From Octopus bimaculoides (Eukaryota), in assembly GCF_001194135.2 (NCBI RefSeq), contig NC_068990.1, positions 71,845,128-71,909,127 of the forward strand: a DNA stretch of 64,000 nucleotides. The letters run 5' to 3'. Made by a program: the position numbers and the translations under genes. Below are positions 12,600 through 23,401 of the stretch, piece after piece (position 1 is the stretch's first letter; every line of letters begins with the position of its first letter). Below the pieces are notes generated by a model, which worked only from the letters and a program-made list of their open reading frames with translations, had not been told where the DNA came from and did no database searches.

Positions 12600-12840
12600 A
12601 ATCAATTAGGCAACAAAAACATCACAAGTTGATAATATGTAGAAGAAATGATAACACTTCTTGTCTGGTTTAGACATGTGAATGGAAGAGAGTTTAGTGA
12701 ATACATAATTGCTTACCACTGATGGCAGAAGGTTAGAAAGCACCCAAGCAAGGAAGACTGAAACATAACTAAGTCAAACACGAAAATGTTAGGCCTCATA
12801 AACATAACTAGGTCAGACACAGAGAATATTAGGTCTCATA
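12600..12840 (+). mobile_element. Degenerate RTE LINE 3' fragment with ~40-bp tandem duplication
   Basis: RNQLG..LVWFRHV resembles REKLG..RLRWFGHV; 12762-12840 is two copies of aacataact(a/g)gtca..ttagg(c/t)ctcata. Confidence 0.45.
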
Positions 12841-12906
12841 AATGATAAAAGTAAAAGTTTCTGAGGAAATATATTGGTATGCTGACATGGATGCATGGAT
12901 ATTAAC

Positions 12907-12961
<55 letters not shown>

Positions 12962-13009
12962 ACTGTTGAGTTTGAAAGCCCAACCAAATGGTTGAAAGGC
13001 CAATAGAAA

Positions 13010-13141
13010 CTAGTGTAGCTAGAGTGTGTGCTGCCTGGGGCAGCCCTTCCCTTTGCCACTCCTGGACCCCACAAAAAACACATATTGCTGACAGCAGACC
13101 TAAAAGTAGCAGGCCCAAAAGTGCCACCCTAGCTACACTAG
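13010..13141. mobile_element. Small GC-richer MITE with 17-bp TIRs
   Basis: ctagtgtagctagagtg (13010-13026) vs caccctagctacactag (13125-13141): 16/17 inverted match; superfamily and TSD unresolved. Confidence 0.65.
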
Positions 13142-14274
13142 AACCAATAGATTATATCTTTTTACACGTATGGTGTTGTGCTTTTTATAGAGAAGCTTAA
13201 CTATTGTAGACCCAGTTCACAAAATATAAAAATGTCATCAGGGAATGGTATTTAATAAACATGAGATAAAATAAGTGTTACTAGATCATGAAAACACACA
13301 AACATTGACTGGAGGATATTCATGGTAACTGTATGTTAGAATTTGCCAAAAATATTTCATTGAAAATATAGAAAAAATATGGGAGAGGCCTATTGGCTTA
13401 AAGTAGAACAACATTTATATATAAGAAAGTTCTTTTGCATTATAAAGGAGGTATATAGTTGACAATATAACTACATGATATATAAAGAAAAACGATAATC
13501 AATCTGTGATGATACAATACTTATGAAGACGTTTGACAACTGAACATGAGAATGACTTAAAATGTAAACATAGTGTTGATCTGCCAAGAAATGCAAATTA
13601 ATTCTTAAGCAATCAGGTCAATGAATGCTTCTTTTATGACTTCTTTGACAAATGCTGTCTGTGCCTTTGTCATTGAATTTTTGTGTGAGAATATGAAGAT
13701 AGTTTCCCCTTGTCTTTCTTTTTTTTTTTTTCTTTTTAAAATTTCCTTTTACAAAACATTTCTAACAAGCTGTAAACAAATTCATTAGATCAGCCTGGGT
13801 ATTGAGAAGACAAAGTGCTGGAATAAATACCATAAAGCCTTCTTTTTTTTTTCCACTGCTCTAACAATTCCACTGAACTACAACCTTGGTCTTGTACTTT
13901 ATTTAATCAACTCTGAAAAGATGAAAAACAAAGTTGACCTAGGTAAGATTTGAACTCAGAACAAAAAGATGTTGGTAACAAATATCACAAGACATTTTGT
14001 CCAATCTTCAATCATTTTATCTNNNNNNNNNNNNNNNNNNNNNNNNNNNNNNNNNNNNNNNNNNNNNNNNNNNNNNNNNNNNNNNNNNNNNNNNNNNNNN
14101 NNNNNNNNNNNNNNNNNNNNNNNNNNNNNNNNNNNNNNNNNNNNNNNNNNNNNNNNNNNNNNNNNNNNNNNNNNNNNNNNNNNNNNNNNNNNNNNNNNNN
14201 NNNNNNNNNNNNNNNNNNNNNNNNNNNNNNNNNNNNNNNNNNNNNNNNNNNNNNNNNNNNNNNNNNNNNNNNNN

Positions 14275-14329
<55 letters not shown>

Positions 14330-14374
14330 CTTCCATTTTCCATCTACTAAATCCACTCATAAGTCTTTGATTGG

Positions 14375-14840
14375 CCCAGGGATTTCAAATTTTGGCACAA
14401 GGCCAGCAATTCCAGCAGAGAAAGTAAGTCAGTTATATCAACCCCAGTGCTCAACTGATACTCATTTTATCAATCCTGAAAGGCAAAGTTGACCTCAGCA
14501 AAATTTGAACTTAAAACATAAGGACAGATGAAATGCCACATAGCATTTGTCCAGCATGCTAATGATTCTACCAGCCTGTCACATCATCGTCATCATCATC
14601 ATTTAACGTCCATTTTCCATGCTGGCGTGGGTCGGACAGTTTGACTGAGTACTGGCAAGCCAGTAGGCTGCACCAGACTCCAATCTGATCTGGCAAGATT
14701 TCTACAGCTGGATGCCCTTCCTAACGCCAACCACTCAGAGTGTAGTGGGTGCTTTTTACATGCCACCAGCATGGGAGCCAGTCAGGTGGTACTGGCATTG
14801 ACCACATTTAGATGGTGCTTTTTATGTGCCACCAGCACCT
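14375..14840 (-). mobile_element. Family D SINE (reverse) with a family E retroposon (14583-14835) inserted into its 5' end
   Basis: The reverse head ..ctgccagcttgccaccttaataat seen intact at 16360-16385 is split here into ctaccagcctgtca | E element | ccttaataat. Confidence 0.7.
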
Positions 14841-14854
14841 TAATAATAATAATG

Positions 14855-14885
<31 letters not shown>

Positions 14886-14897
14886 TAATACTGATAA

Positions 14898-15066
14898 TGC
14901 CTGTCAATTGATGTAGCATGTCCTGGTGACAATAAGATGAAAAAGACAGAAGAAAAAGTGAACAGCTATGATGAATTGAAGTGGGAAAATATGCAGGGTG
15001 TGGGCAATGAAGAAAGTGGACATGATACTAATTGTGATAGGTGCACTTGGACGTATCAGCATCCAA
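14898..15066 (+). mobile_element. R4/Dong-clade non-LTR retrotransposon restriction-like endonuclease fragment
   Basis: CLSIDVACPGDNKMKKTEEKVNSYDELKWENM, frameshift, then VWAMKKVDMILIVIGALGRIS; matches the IDVAxPxD..E.EK..KY..L..W....V.P.VIGALG pattern; directly follows (TAA)n. Confidence 0.8.
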
Positions 15067-15626
15067 CAGCCAAAAACCATCACGGTTCAAATTCTACCGT
15101 GGTCACCTTTGCCTTTCATCTTTTTGGGGTCAATAAATTAAGTACCAGTGAAACACTGGGGTCAAGGTAATTAATTAGCCCCCTCCCACCAAATTTCAGG
15201 CCTTGTGCCTTTAGTAGAAAAAATTCATTATTATTATTATTAAAGTGGTGAACTGGCAGAATTGAGTTCAAATTCTACCAAGGTCACTTTTGCCTTTCAT
15301 CCTTTCAGTGTCAATAAATTAAGTACCAGTGAAACACTGGGGTTGATGTAATCGACTAGTCCCCTTCCCCAAAATTTCAGACCTTGTGTCTATATTGAAA
15401 AGGATTATTATTAAGGTAGCGAACTGGAAGAATCATTAGCATGCCAGGTGAAATGCTTAGCGGTATTTCATCTGTCTTTAAGTTCTGAGTTCAAAAGGTG
15501 CCAAGGTCAACTTTGCCTTTCATCCTTTCGGGGTCAAGGAAATAAGTACCAGTCGAGTGCTGGGACCGATGTAATCGACTATCCCCCTTCCCCCATATTT
15601 CAGGCCTTATACCTATTGTAGAAAGG

Positions 15627-15662
<36 letters not shown>
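15066..15662 (+). mobile_element. Three tandem family D SINEs (15066-15240, 15242-15412, 15413-15662)
   Basis: Repeated gtcaactttgcctttcatcctttcggggtc..ataagtaccagt..caggccttgtgcct..gaaaggattatt; copies separated by (TTA)n. Confidence 0.85.
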
Positions 15663-15664
<2 letters not shown>

Positions 15665-15689
15665 TGTTGCTGATATTGTTGTTTGTTTG

Positions 15690-16107
15690 TTTCAAATTTT
15701 GGTACAAGGCCAACAATTTTAGGAAAGGGGATAGTTGATCACGTCAACACTAGTACTTTGACAGGTACTTTATGGACTCCAAGGGATGAAATGCAATGTT
15801 GACCTTGGCAAAATTTGAACTCAGAATGTAAACAACTTGAAGAAATGGTGCTTAGCATTTTGTTCAGCATACTAATGATTCTTCCAGCTTGCTACCTTAA
15901 TAAAAATGGTTTCAGATTTTGACACAAGGCCAGCAGTTTTGGTGGGCGGGCCAAGTTGATTACATCAACCTCAATGCTAAAATGGTAGTTATTTTATCAG
16001 CCCTGAAAGGATGAAAGATAAAATCGACCTCAGTAGAATTCAATCTCTGAGGAGATTGAAGAGACAGATGAAATGCTACTAAACATCAATTCTCTCAAGT
16101 TGTCTCC

Positions 16108-16166
<59 letters not shown>

Positions 16167-16420
16167 CCTTTTTACTATAGGCACAAGGCCTGAAATTTGG
16201 GGAAAGAGATTGTTGATTACATCGACCCTTAGTACAAAACAGGTACTTATTTTATCGACCTTGAAAGGATGAAAAGTAAAGTTGACCTTGGCAGAATTTG
16301 AACTCAGAATGTAGCGACAGGTGAAATACAGCAAAGCATTTCGTCCAGCATGCTGATGATTCTGCCAGCTTGCCACCTTAATAATAATAATAATAATAAT
16401 AATAACAACAATAATAATAA
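15690..16420 (-). mobile_element. Three tandem family D SINEs in reverse orientation (15690-15902, 15908-16095, 16165-16382)
   Basis: Reverse complements of the preceding copies; (TAA)n at 16109-16165 and 16378-16420. Confidence 0.85.
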
Positions 16421-17070
16421 GTAAGACTACTGAATAACAATAAGGCTACACTAACTTTTCTTTCTTTAGCCATGTTTTAAGTATTACCTAAAATGTCGCT
16501 TTTGCAAGTATTACATTCATCTCTAGCATCAATATTTTAAGTCATAGATAGTTATCATATTTTAACTGAAACAGATTTTATCTTATACAGTTGAAGTTGT
16601 TTTATCATTCCATCTGAAGTGTTAAAAACAGATTTTGAGATTTTTTTTTCTTCTTGGCAGTGTGGGAATTTCTTTAAGATATTTAAGGAAACTATAAAAA
16701 AAAACAAAAAAAAAAAAAACAACTGTGCTGCTAGATAATCATATATGATTTTTTGGGTTTTTAAATCATGAATATTATTTTTTATCTATAATGTTTGAAT
16801 GTATCAAGAGACTTGTGACAGCTGAATAGAAATAAAACTACTAAAAAGCTTCATATTTTCACAAGAATCTTATTAAAAAAAAAAGAAATCCTTTTTTAAA
16901 ATATTTTTTTTGCAGTGATCTTGACAATACGAAAATTTATCATATCGTATAAAATAATTTCTTAACATCTCAATTTAGGGAGGGCAAAGTAAGTATGAGG
17001 TCGTGTGGTATCAATTTCTCTATCAAGAGCACAAACAGTGAATGCAAAATAAATTTGCTTCCAGCCACAT

Positions 17071-17285
17071 CATCATCATCATTTAACATCTGTTTTTCAT
17101 CCAGGCATGGGCTGGATTATTTGACAGGAGCTGGCCAGCAAGATAGCTGTGCCAGACACTAGTTGTCTGTTCTGGCATGGTTTCTATGGCTAGATTCCCT
17201 TCTTAACATCAACCACTTTACAGAGGGTACTGGATGCTTTTTACATGCCACCAGCACCAATGCTATTACATGGCACCAGTGCTGG
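17071..17285 (-). mobile_element. Family E retroposon (RTE-tail SINE-like)
   Basis: catcatcatttaacatctgtttttcatccaggcatggg..; other reverse copies at 24690-25180, 25187-25400, 31493-31800, 46768-46885, 51684-52060, 63475-63640. Confidence 0.8.
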
Positions 17286-17366
17286 AACTATTTACCTGCA
17301 GGTCAAATTGTATTGTGGATTTAACTAAATGGTGCAGGGTGGGAATGGAGTTATTACATTCATAAA

Positions 17367-17582
17367 TGAGTGGGGTGCTGAAAAGTTCATGGTTTTAAGG
17401 GTATTGCAAAAGCCCTATTTGGAGGCCCAATCTTCTGAGTTCTTTTACAGGGCTTAGAAAAATTGAAGGACCATTGCAATAAGTGTGTGAATCTGAGAGG
17501 GGAGTAAGTTGAATAAAATAATTAACAGACCCTCTTGTGTTTTCTTTTAACCAAAGTCAGGAACTTTTCTGCACCCCCTATT
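17367..17582 (+). mobile_element. Mariner-derived MITE
   Basis: Imperfect TIRs ggggtgctgaaaagttcatggttt / aaagtcaggaacttttctgcacccc; interior encodes a C-terminal remnant (GLEKLKDHCNKCVNLRGE*VE); second copy at 18564-18785. Confidence 0.8.
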
Positions 17583-18530
17583 GTAAGGTAATAACAGGGA
17601 AGATATATTGATTCATTTACTCACTCAGTCATTCAAAACTTGACACATCTTACATGCTATGATCTCACATTTTAGCAAAGAAAAACTAGGTGCTGTTTAG
17701 CCTTAAATTTGGTTTCAATCAAGTAAAACTTGATATCAAAGAGCTCTTGTGATGGCCAATCAGGTCAGGCTTAGAATCACATGGTTTGGGATTCAGGGCA
17801 GTACCTTGGGTGATTGTCATTTGCTACAGCAGTGAGTTGACCATTGCCTTGTGAGTGAATTTGATAGGTGGGGACTGTGCATTAGCTGTCACATATATAA
17901 ATGTGTGTGTGCATGTGCAGTTTCATATTTGTTTTCCCTGCTATCTTGTTATAGTTATTCTAGTAATGATGCCAAATATCTACCAAAAATGCAGTTGATG
18001 TTTTCTGCAAGTCATGTTGTTTCAATAAACTTGACATATTTCAACAGAAAATAGGTTCAAACATGACATTCCTCAGTAAATGATAGACTGGTATATAAAA
18101 CTGCTTTCTGCAATTAAGGGCATTAATTCTGAGTGGATATATCTTTCCACAGTAAAAGGGTTAAGTTGGATTGTGCATGTCCTTGTGATTTAGTGCTTCA
18201 GTAAAATAGTGACCAGTAGAAGAAATGATGGACTTAAAATAAGTATTGGGACTGATCTGATCAGTTAAACCTGTAAAGGTGGCTGCTCAGCATGGGTACA
18301 GGTCAATAAGGTAAACCAATAAAACAATAACCTACGATCTGATCAAAATGACAGATAGCCATGAAAAAGTGATCAATCATTGACTTCAGTGAGGTGGTTG
18401 GGAACAAATAAGAGTACGACAGCAATGCCTTATCAGGTGATATTAGCCACATAAATGGAATGAAATGAAAAACATGCACATGGAAAGTGAAATCAGGGTG
18501 TAGTGCAAGGATAAATCAATTGGACTTTAA

Positions 18531-18974
18531 CCCTTTATCATTCAGATTACCCTGTTAAATGTATGAGGCGGTGCTAGAAACTTCCTGGCTCTGGGTAAAA
18601 GAAAACACAGGAGAATCAGTAAATTATTATTTTATTCAACATATTCCTATCTCAGATACACACACATATTGCAGCCACAGCAGTCTTTCAGTTTTTCTAA
18701 GCCCTGTAAAAGAACTTAGAAAGTTGGCCTCCAGCCTGGCCTTTTGTGATACTCTCAAAGCCAGAAACTTTTCAGTAACCCCTCATAATGCTTATCTATT
18801 CATATTGTTTTGAATTAATTCAGCATTATCTCACAGTTCAAAGATTTCAATGATGTGATTGCTTATTTTTAGAATGATATTGTAGGGTAAATATGAGAGG
18901 CCAGATTTGACCAGTTTAAACATAAAACAGGTACAATATTTGAGCTGGATATGGCCAGTTTAAATGCTAAAGGG
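18531..18974. mobile_element. piggyBac-like MITE (TTAA|CCCT..AGGG|TTAA) interrupted by a mariner MITE
   Basis: TTAA at 18527-18530 and 18975-18978; related copies at 38426-38650, 39941-40158, 47560-47668, 49009-49230. Confidence 0.8.
18564..18785 (-). mobile_element. Mariner-derived MITE nested in the piggyBac-like MITE
   Basis: TA-tgaggcggtgctagaaacttcctggct..agccagaaacttttcagtaacccctca-TA; the empty site aaatgTAatgc is seen in the copy at ~49047. Confidence 0.85.
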
Positions 18975-19444
18975 TTAAATCCTGCTCTAAAGTGCTTGGT
19001 GTGTAATATTTCCCAAAGATGGAAAGAAACACAGCTAAAACTGATGGAAGAAACACGTTTTTATAAAATTATACAAAACGTATTTTCACTGTTAACTTAG
19101 TAATATGGGAGAAAAAAAATCTATTATATTACATTGAAATTTTATGATATACTGCAAATATAATGGCAATAGACTTCGAGTATTTAACATTTATTTTTTT
19201 AAACTTTAAAAAAAAAAAAAAAATTTAATCATCTGCTTTTTCGAAATTTCTAATGTGAATAGGAAAAATTTTCAATTTCTATTTTTGAAGTTTTAAATCT
19301 TATCAAGTATGAACTTGTGTTCATATTACAAGTAGAATATGAACAACATGGTAGTGCATACATACGTACTAATATACAAAGATATATAAATACACACACA
19401 TACATACATTTATACACACACACATGCATATTCATACATACAAA

Positions 19445-19494
<50 letters not shown>

Positions 19495-19773
19495 CACACA
19501 CTTTATACATACAAACATATCACGTATAGGAAAATTATTATACACTGAAATAAGATAAAATATAGTGTTGTGGAAAAAATAAAATCCCAAATATTATACT
19601 GTAAAACACAAATGTTTTTAGATTTTACTTAATAGGAAATTTTTAGTTCTTTTACATAATATTTCAGACAACCTTAAAATAGTGAATGTTTCCAACCAAA
19701 CTCATCCCATTCCCAGAGAAAACTAAGATTAGATCTTTTGAAATTCTATAAATATAGTTTTCACAATATCAGT

Positions 19774-19810
<37 letters not shown>

Positions 19811-20337
19811 AAGAACACCGATATTATTCAATTGGGAGAAAATTTAAAAAAAAAAATTTAACAGAGAATCAAAAATGTATTTCAAAATGCATTATAATGT
19901 TACAATTAATTTTCAAAAGCAATATAAATAATTCGTTTTAAGTCCTGATTTTACTATACAGAAAGGAAAGCAGCGATTATTAAATTGTATTAGTATCCCT
20001 TGCTTCGATCCTATTTGCCACATTGCATTATTTCTCTTTCTCATGTGTGTGAGAGAGTGTGTGGATATATATATATACATATATATATATACAAACACAC
20101 ATACACCATACGCATATGGAGAGAGAGAGAGAGAGATTGCAGATTGGCAAAGTTGTCGATGCATTGGATCGAATGTCTTTCTGTATTTGTGATGTCACTG
20201 CACTCTGAGCTCAAATCCTGCTGGGGTCAGCTTTGAGTTTTATCCTTCTGGAGTCAACAAAAAAAAAAAACATCAGTGAAGTACTGAAGTTGATCCTTCT
20301 TTGTTACTCTCTCACCCTATCTCTATCTGTCAATAAC

Positions 20338-21410
20338 CATCCCAAATCTGGACAAATCTTCCATGACAATGGACGATGATTACATTGTGAAAGTGTGTGC
20401 TGTGATACATGAAAATCCTCACCAAACTATCCATGAACTTTCTGAAGAGGTAGACAGGTAGTTTTTAGTGGTTAGAGAATTAGGGTCATAATCATAAGAT
20501 TACGAATTCGGTTTGTGGTGGTATGTGGTGTCCTTGAGCAAAACTCTTTATTTCATGTTGCTTCAGTCCACTCAGCTGGCAAAAATGAATTGTACCTGTA
20601 ATTCAAAGGGCTAGCCTTATCAAACTTGGTGTGTCACACTGAATTGCCATGAGAACTACGTTAAAATTATGCATGCCAATGGAGTGCTCAGTCATATGCA
20701 TGCTAATTTCATGAGCAGGTTGTTACATTGATCTTATCAATTCGAACACCTCATCATCATAACTGATGGACAGCCAGATCAGGCATTTGCATAAGTTCAT
20801 ACTGCATGATTTAAAAAGAAAAGCATGCCATGTCTGCTCTTAGAGTACCAAGAGCTGTTTGATAATTCCAATGCTGATAATTCCAATGCTAAGTGTCATA
20901 GCAAGTGATGAAGCATGAGTGTATAATTATGTCACTGAAACAAAATGATAACAGTAACAGGACACTGGATTATCATCACTGCAATCCCACAAACAAATAA
21001 AGCACTTCAGAGTTGCTCAAATGTTAAGGTAATGATGAGAATATTTTTTCTAATGGGAAGAGTGTTGCTCATTATGAATTTGTTCTACATGGCCAATGAA
21101 GAACTTCATTTGGATGCCCAGAAACATTTTGGAAGAAGCAATACAAAAGATGTCAGAAGTATGGACAAACAAAACCTAGATATTGTGGCATGACAACACA
21201 CTAGCATATCACTCCTTATTCATCACATTTTGGTAAAGCACAAAAATGCTCAGATTACTAACCACCCTACTCTCAGGAGAGAGATTTTCCGGACCCAAAA
21301 GTTTAAATCCAATCTGAAAGATAACTGATATCAGATCATAGAATAAATTAAAGAACTGAGCAGTGCCCAGAAAAAAAAAAGTTCTTGAATGCATTTCAAA
21401 CCTAGTGAGG
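20338..21410 (+). mobile_element. Highly degenerate mariner transposase interrupted by a family C SINE (20455-20780)
   Basis: DDYIVKVCAVIHENPHQTIHELSEEV | SINE | GICISSYCMI..SALRVPR .. EEAIQKMSEVW..ILWHDNTLAYHS..NHP; collinear with mariner HTH and catalytic motifs. Confidence 0.65.
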
Positions 21411-21676
21411 TGGGGATTGAAAGATGTATCATTAAAGAAAGGAGATATTTTGAAAGAAACAATTTTGTTTAAACTTTAAGTAAAGCAATGATTTTGTTTT
21501 TAAGATAAATCTGTTTCTTTTTTGGATAGATCTCATTCTATACATACAAACATTCTACATTACATATGAAAGAGAATATTCTAAGTATATAATTTTTCTG
21601 GAATTCTATTTATTTTGGCATTAAATCTATTATCATTTCTGACATATAACTAGGGTTTGCAACTGCTACAGATACC

Positions 21677-22448
21677 AATATATTCTTTGTGGTTGACCTA
21701 AAGATCTATGCTAAAAATGTTTACAATGCCAGAAAACAGCTGGAGTTAATTACAACATTTTCAGTTGACACAGGAATGGAATTTGGCCAAAAGAAATGTT
21801 CGTAGTTGATTGTTGAACATGGAAAATCAGTACCCCAAACCCAGTGCCTGTGTATCAACAGTCTCCTTGTCGTTCCTGTTGCACACAAAGAATGCTACAA
21901 ATATCTAGTCATTGATGAAAACAGTATATGAAAGTGTTGTGAATAAAGATAGAATGACTCAGTAATATTACATCAGATTCAGAAAAATATGGCAGTCAGA
22001 ACTCTTCTTTTACATCGAGACAATATTTCACAATGCATTCGCAGTACCAGTGCTGATTCTAACATTTGGGATGCTTGACTGGTCTGCAGAGGAAATCCAC
22101 TCCATAGACATTAAAACCTGCAAGATCTTGTCATCAAGTGGAAACTTCAACAAAAATGTTGATATCGACAGGTTCTACTTAAGAAGAGATGAAGGAGGCA
22201 GAAGCTTCAAATCAATGCAGACATCATTCGAATGTCTCAGACAACACTTGCTAAACAACAGTGGTAAAAACATATGAACTTAAATACTGAAATGCAAAGA
22301 GAACAGCCTACATGTTGGCAGTGAGCTCCTCAGAAAGTACTCTCTTCTTGACTCCCATGCAATCCCAAAGCAGCTGAACTAACATCCCACAAAAAAAGAC
22401 CTGCATGTGAAACATTCAGCATACCAAAAACAGAATGCGCATGGATAG
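21677..22448 (+). mobile_element. R4/Dong-clade reverse transcriptase pseudogene fragment
   Basis: NIFFVVDLKIYAKN..ITTFSVDTGMEFGQKKC..CYKYLVIDEN..NAFAVPVLILTFGMLDWSAEEIHSIDIKTCKIL..DIDRFYLRRDEGGRSF; typical of R4-clade FMDDLKLY..DIGMxFGxxKC..YKYLG..DRLYLxRxEGGRG; stops and frameshifts. Confidence 0.85.
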
Positions 22449-22477
22449 GTTTCTTGAAAACTTGAGGGTAACACTAG

Positions 22478-22700
22478 TATTGATTTCAAATTTTGGCACA
22501 AGGCCAGCGATTTAGGGGAAGATGGGTAAGGCAATTACATTGACTCCAGTACTCAACTGGTACTTATTTTATTGACCCTGAAAGGATAAAATGTAAAGTC
22601 GACCTTGGCGGAATTTGAACTCAGAACATAAAAGCAGATGAAATGTCATCAAGCATTTTACCCAACATGCTAACGATTCTGCCAACTCATCGCCTTAAGT
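22478..22700 (-). mobile_element. Family D SINE
   Basis: atttcaaattttggcacaagg..gtcgaccttggcggaatttgaactcagaac..ctaacgattctgccaactcatcgcctt. Confidence 0.85.
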
Positions 22701-23037
22701 GATACTAATATTGACATGAAGTGCAATCTTCTTTGGACTTGTGACTGCTACATCACATCACACTTTGAAGGCTGTGTGCTAACAGTGGGGCCATTAACTC
22801 AGTAACTGAAACCAGTAGAAGAATCTATTTGTTGTGTTCTTTATCCAATAAAGCTATACCTGGAAGCTGAATTCTATTACTTTATCTTCTCTCCATCATT
22901 CTGTCTGTTTGTTTCTCTCTTTCTTCCCTTTTTCTTATTTCTATCTCTTACATATATACAAGCCTATGCATATGCATGTTTGGAACAAACTCCTTGTCTA
23001 ATGACTTGTATAAAAAGGATTAGAAAGAAATTGAAAG

Positions 23038-23127
<90 letters not shown>

Positions 23128-23262
23128 AAAGATATGAAAGGGAGAGAAACTAACAGAGAGGGAAAGTATCGCTTACATACAAAGATCAATGTCTACTATT
23201 GAATGTATAATGAAATATTAACTGAAGATTTGCTCAAATACAATAATAAAATCTAACTTGAT

Positions 23263-23401
23263 TCATGCTAAAATGTCAGCACTAAGAAGTGCATCCTTCA
23301 ACAGAGCTTCAGTTGAAGTCAGACAGACAGTACATGTGACAAGTTTGTCATGAGTACAAATATGACAATGTCTTGTGAAGACACGTTTGTCTAACCAATT
23401 C
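23263..23401 (-). CDS. Candidate terminal exon (xNWLDKRVFTRHCHICTHDKLVTCTVCLTSTEALLKDALLSADILA*)
   Basis: Very good acceptor tttttacatttgtatttcctctgcag|G with TACTGAC about 45 nt upstream; 45 open codons; no homology recognised. Confidence 0.2.

Noticed and set aside
12813-13127. Signal-peptide-like ORF MALLGLLLLGLL
   Set aside because: It is the antisense of the TIR-bounded MITE and runs into (CA)n
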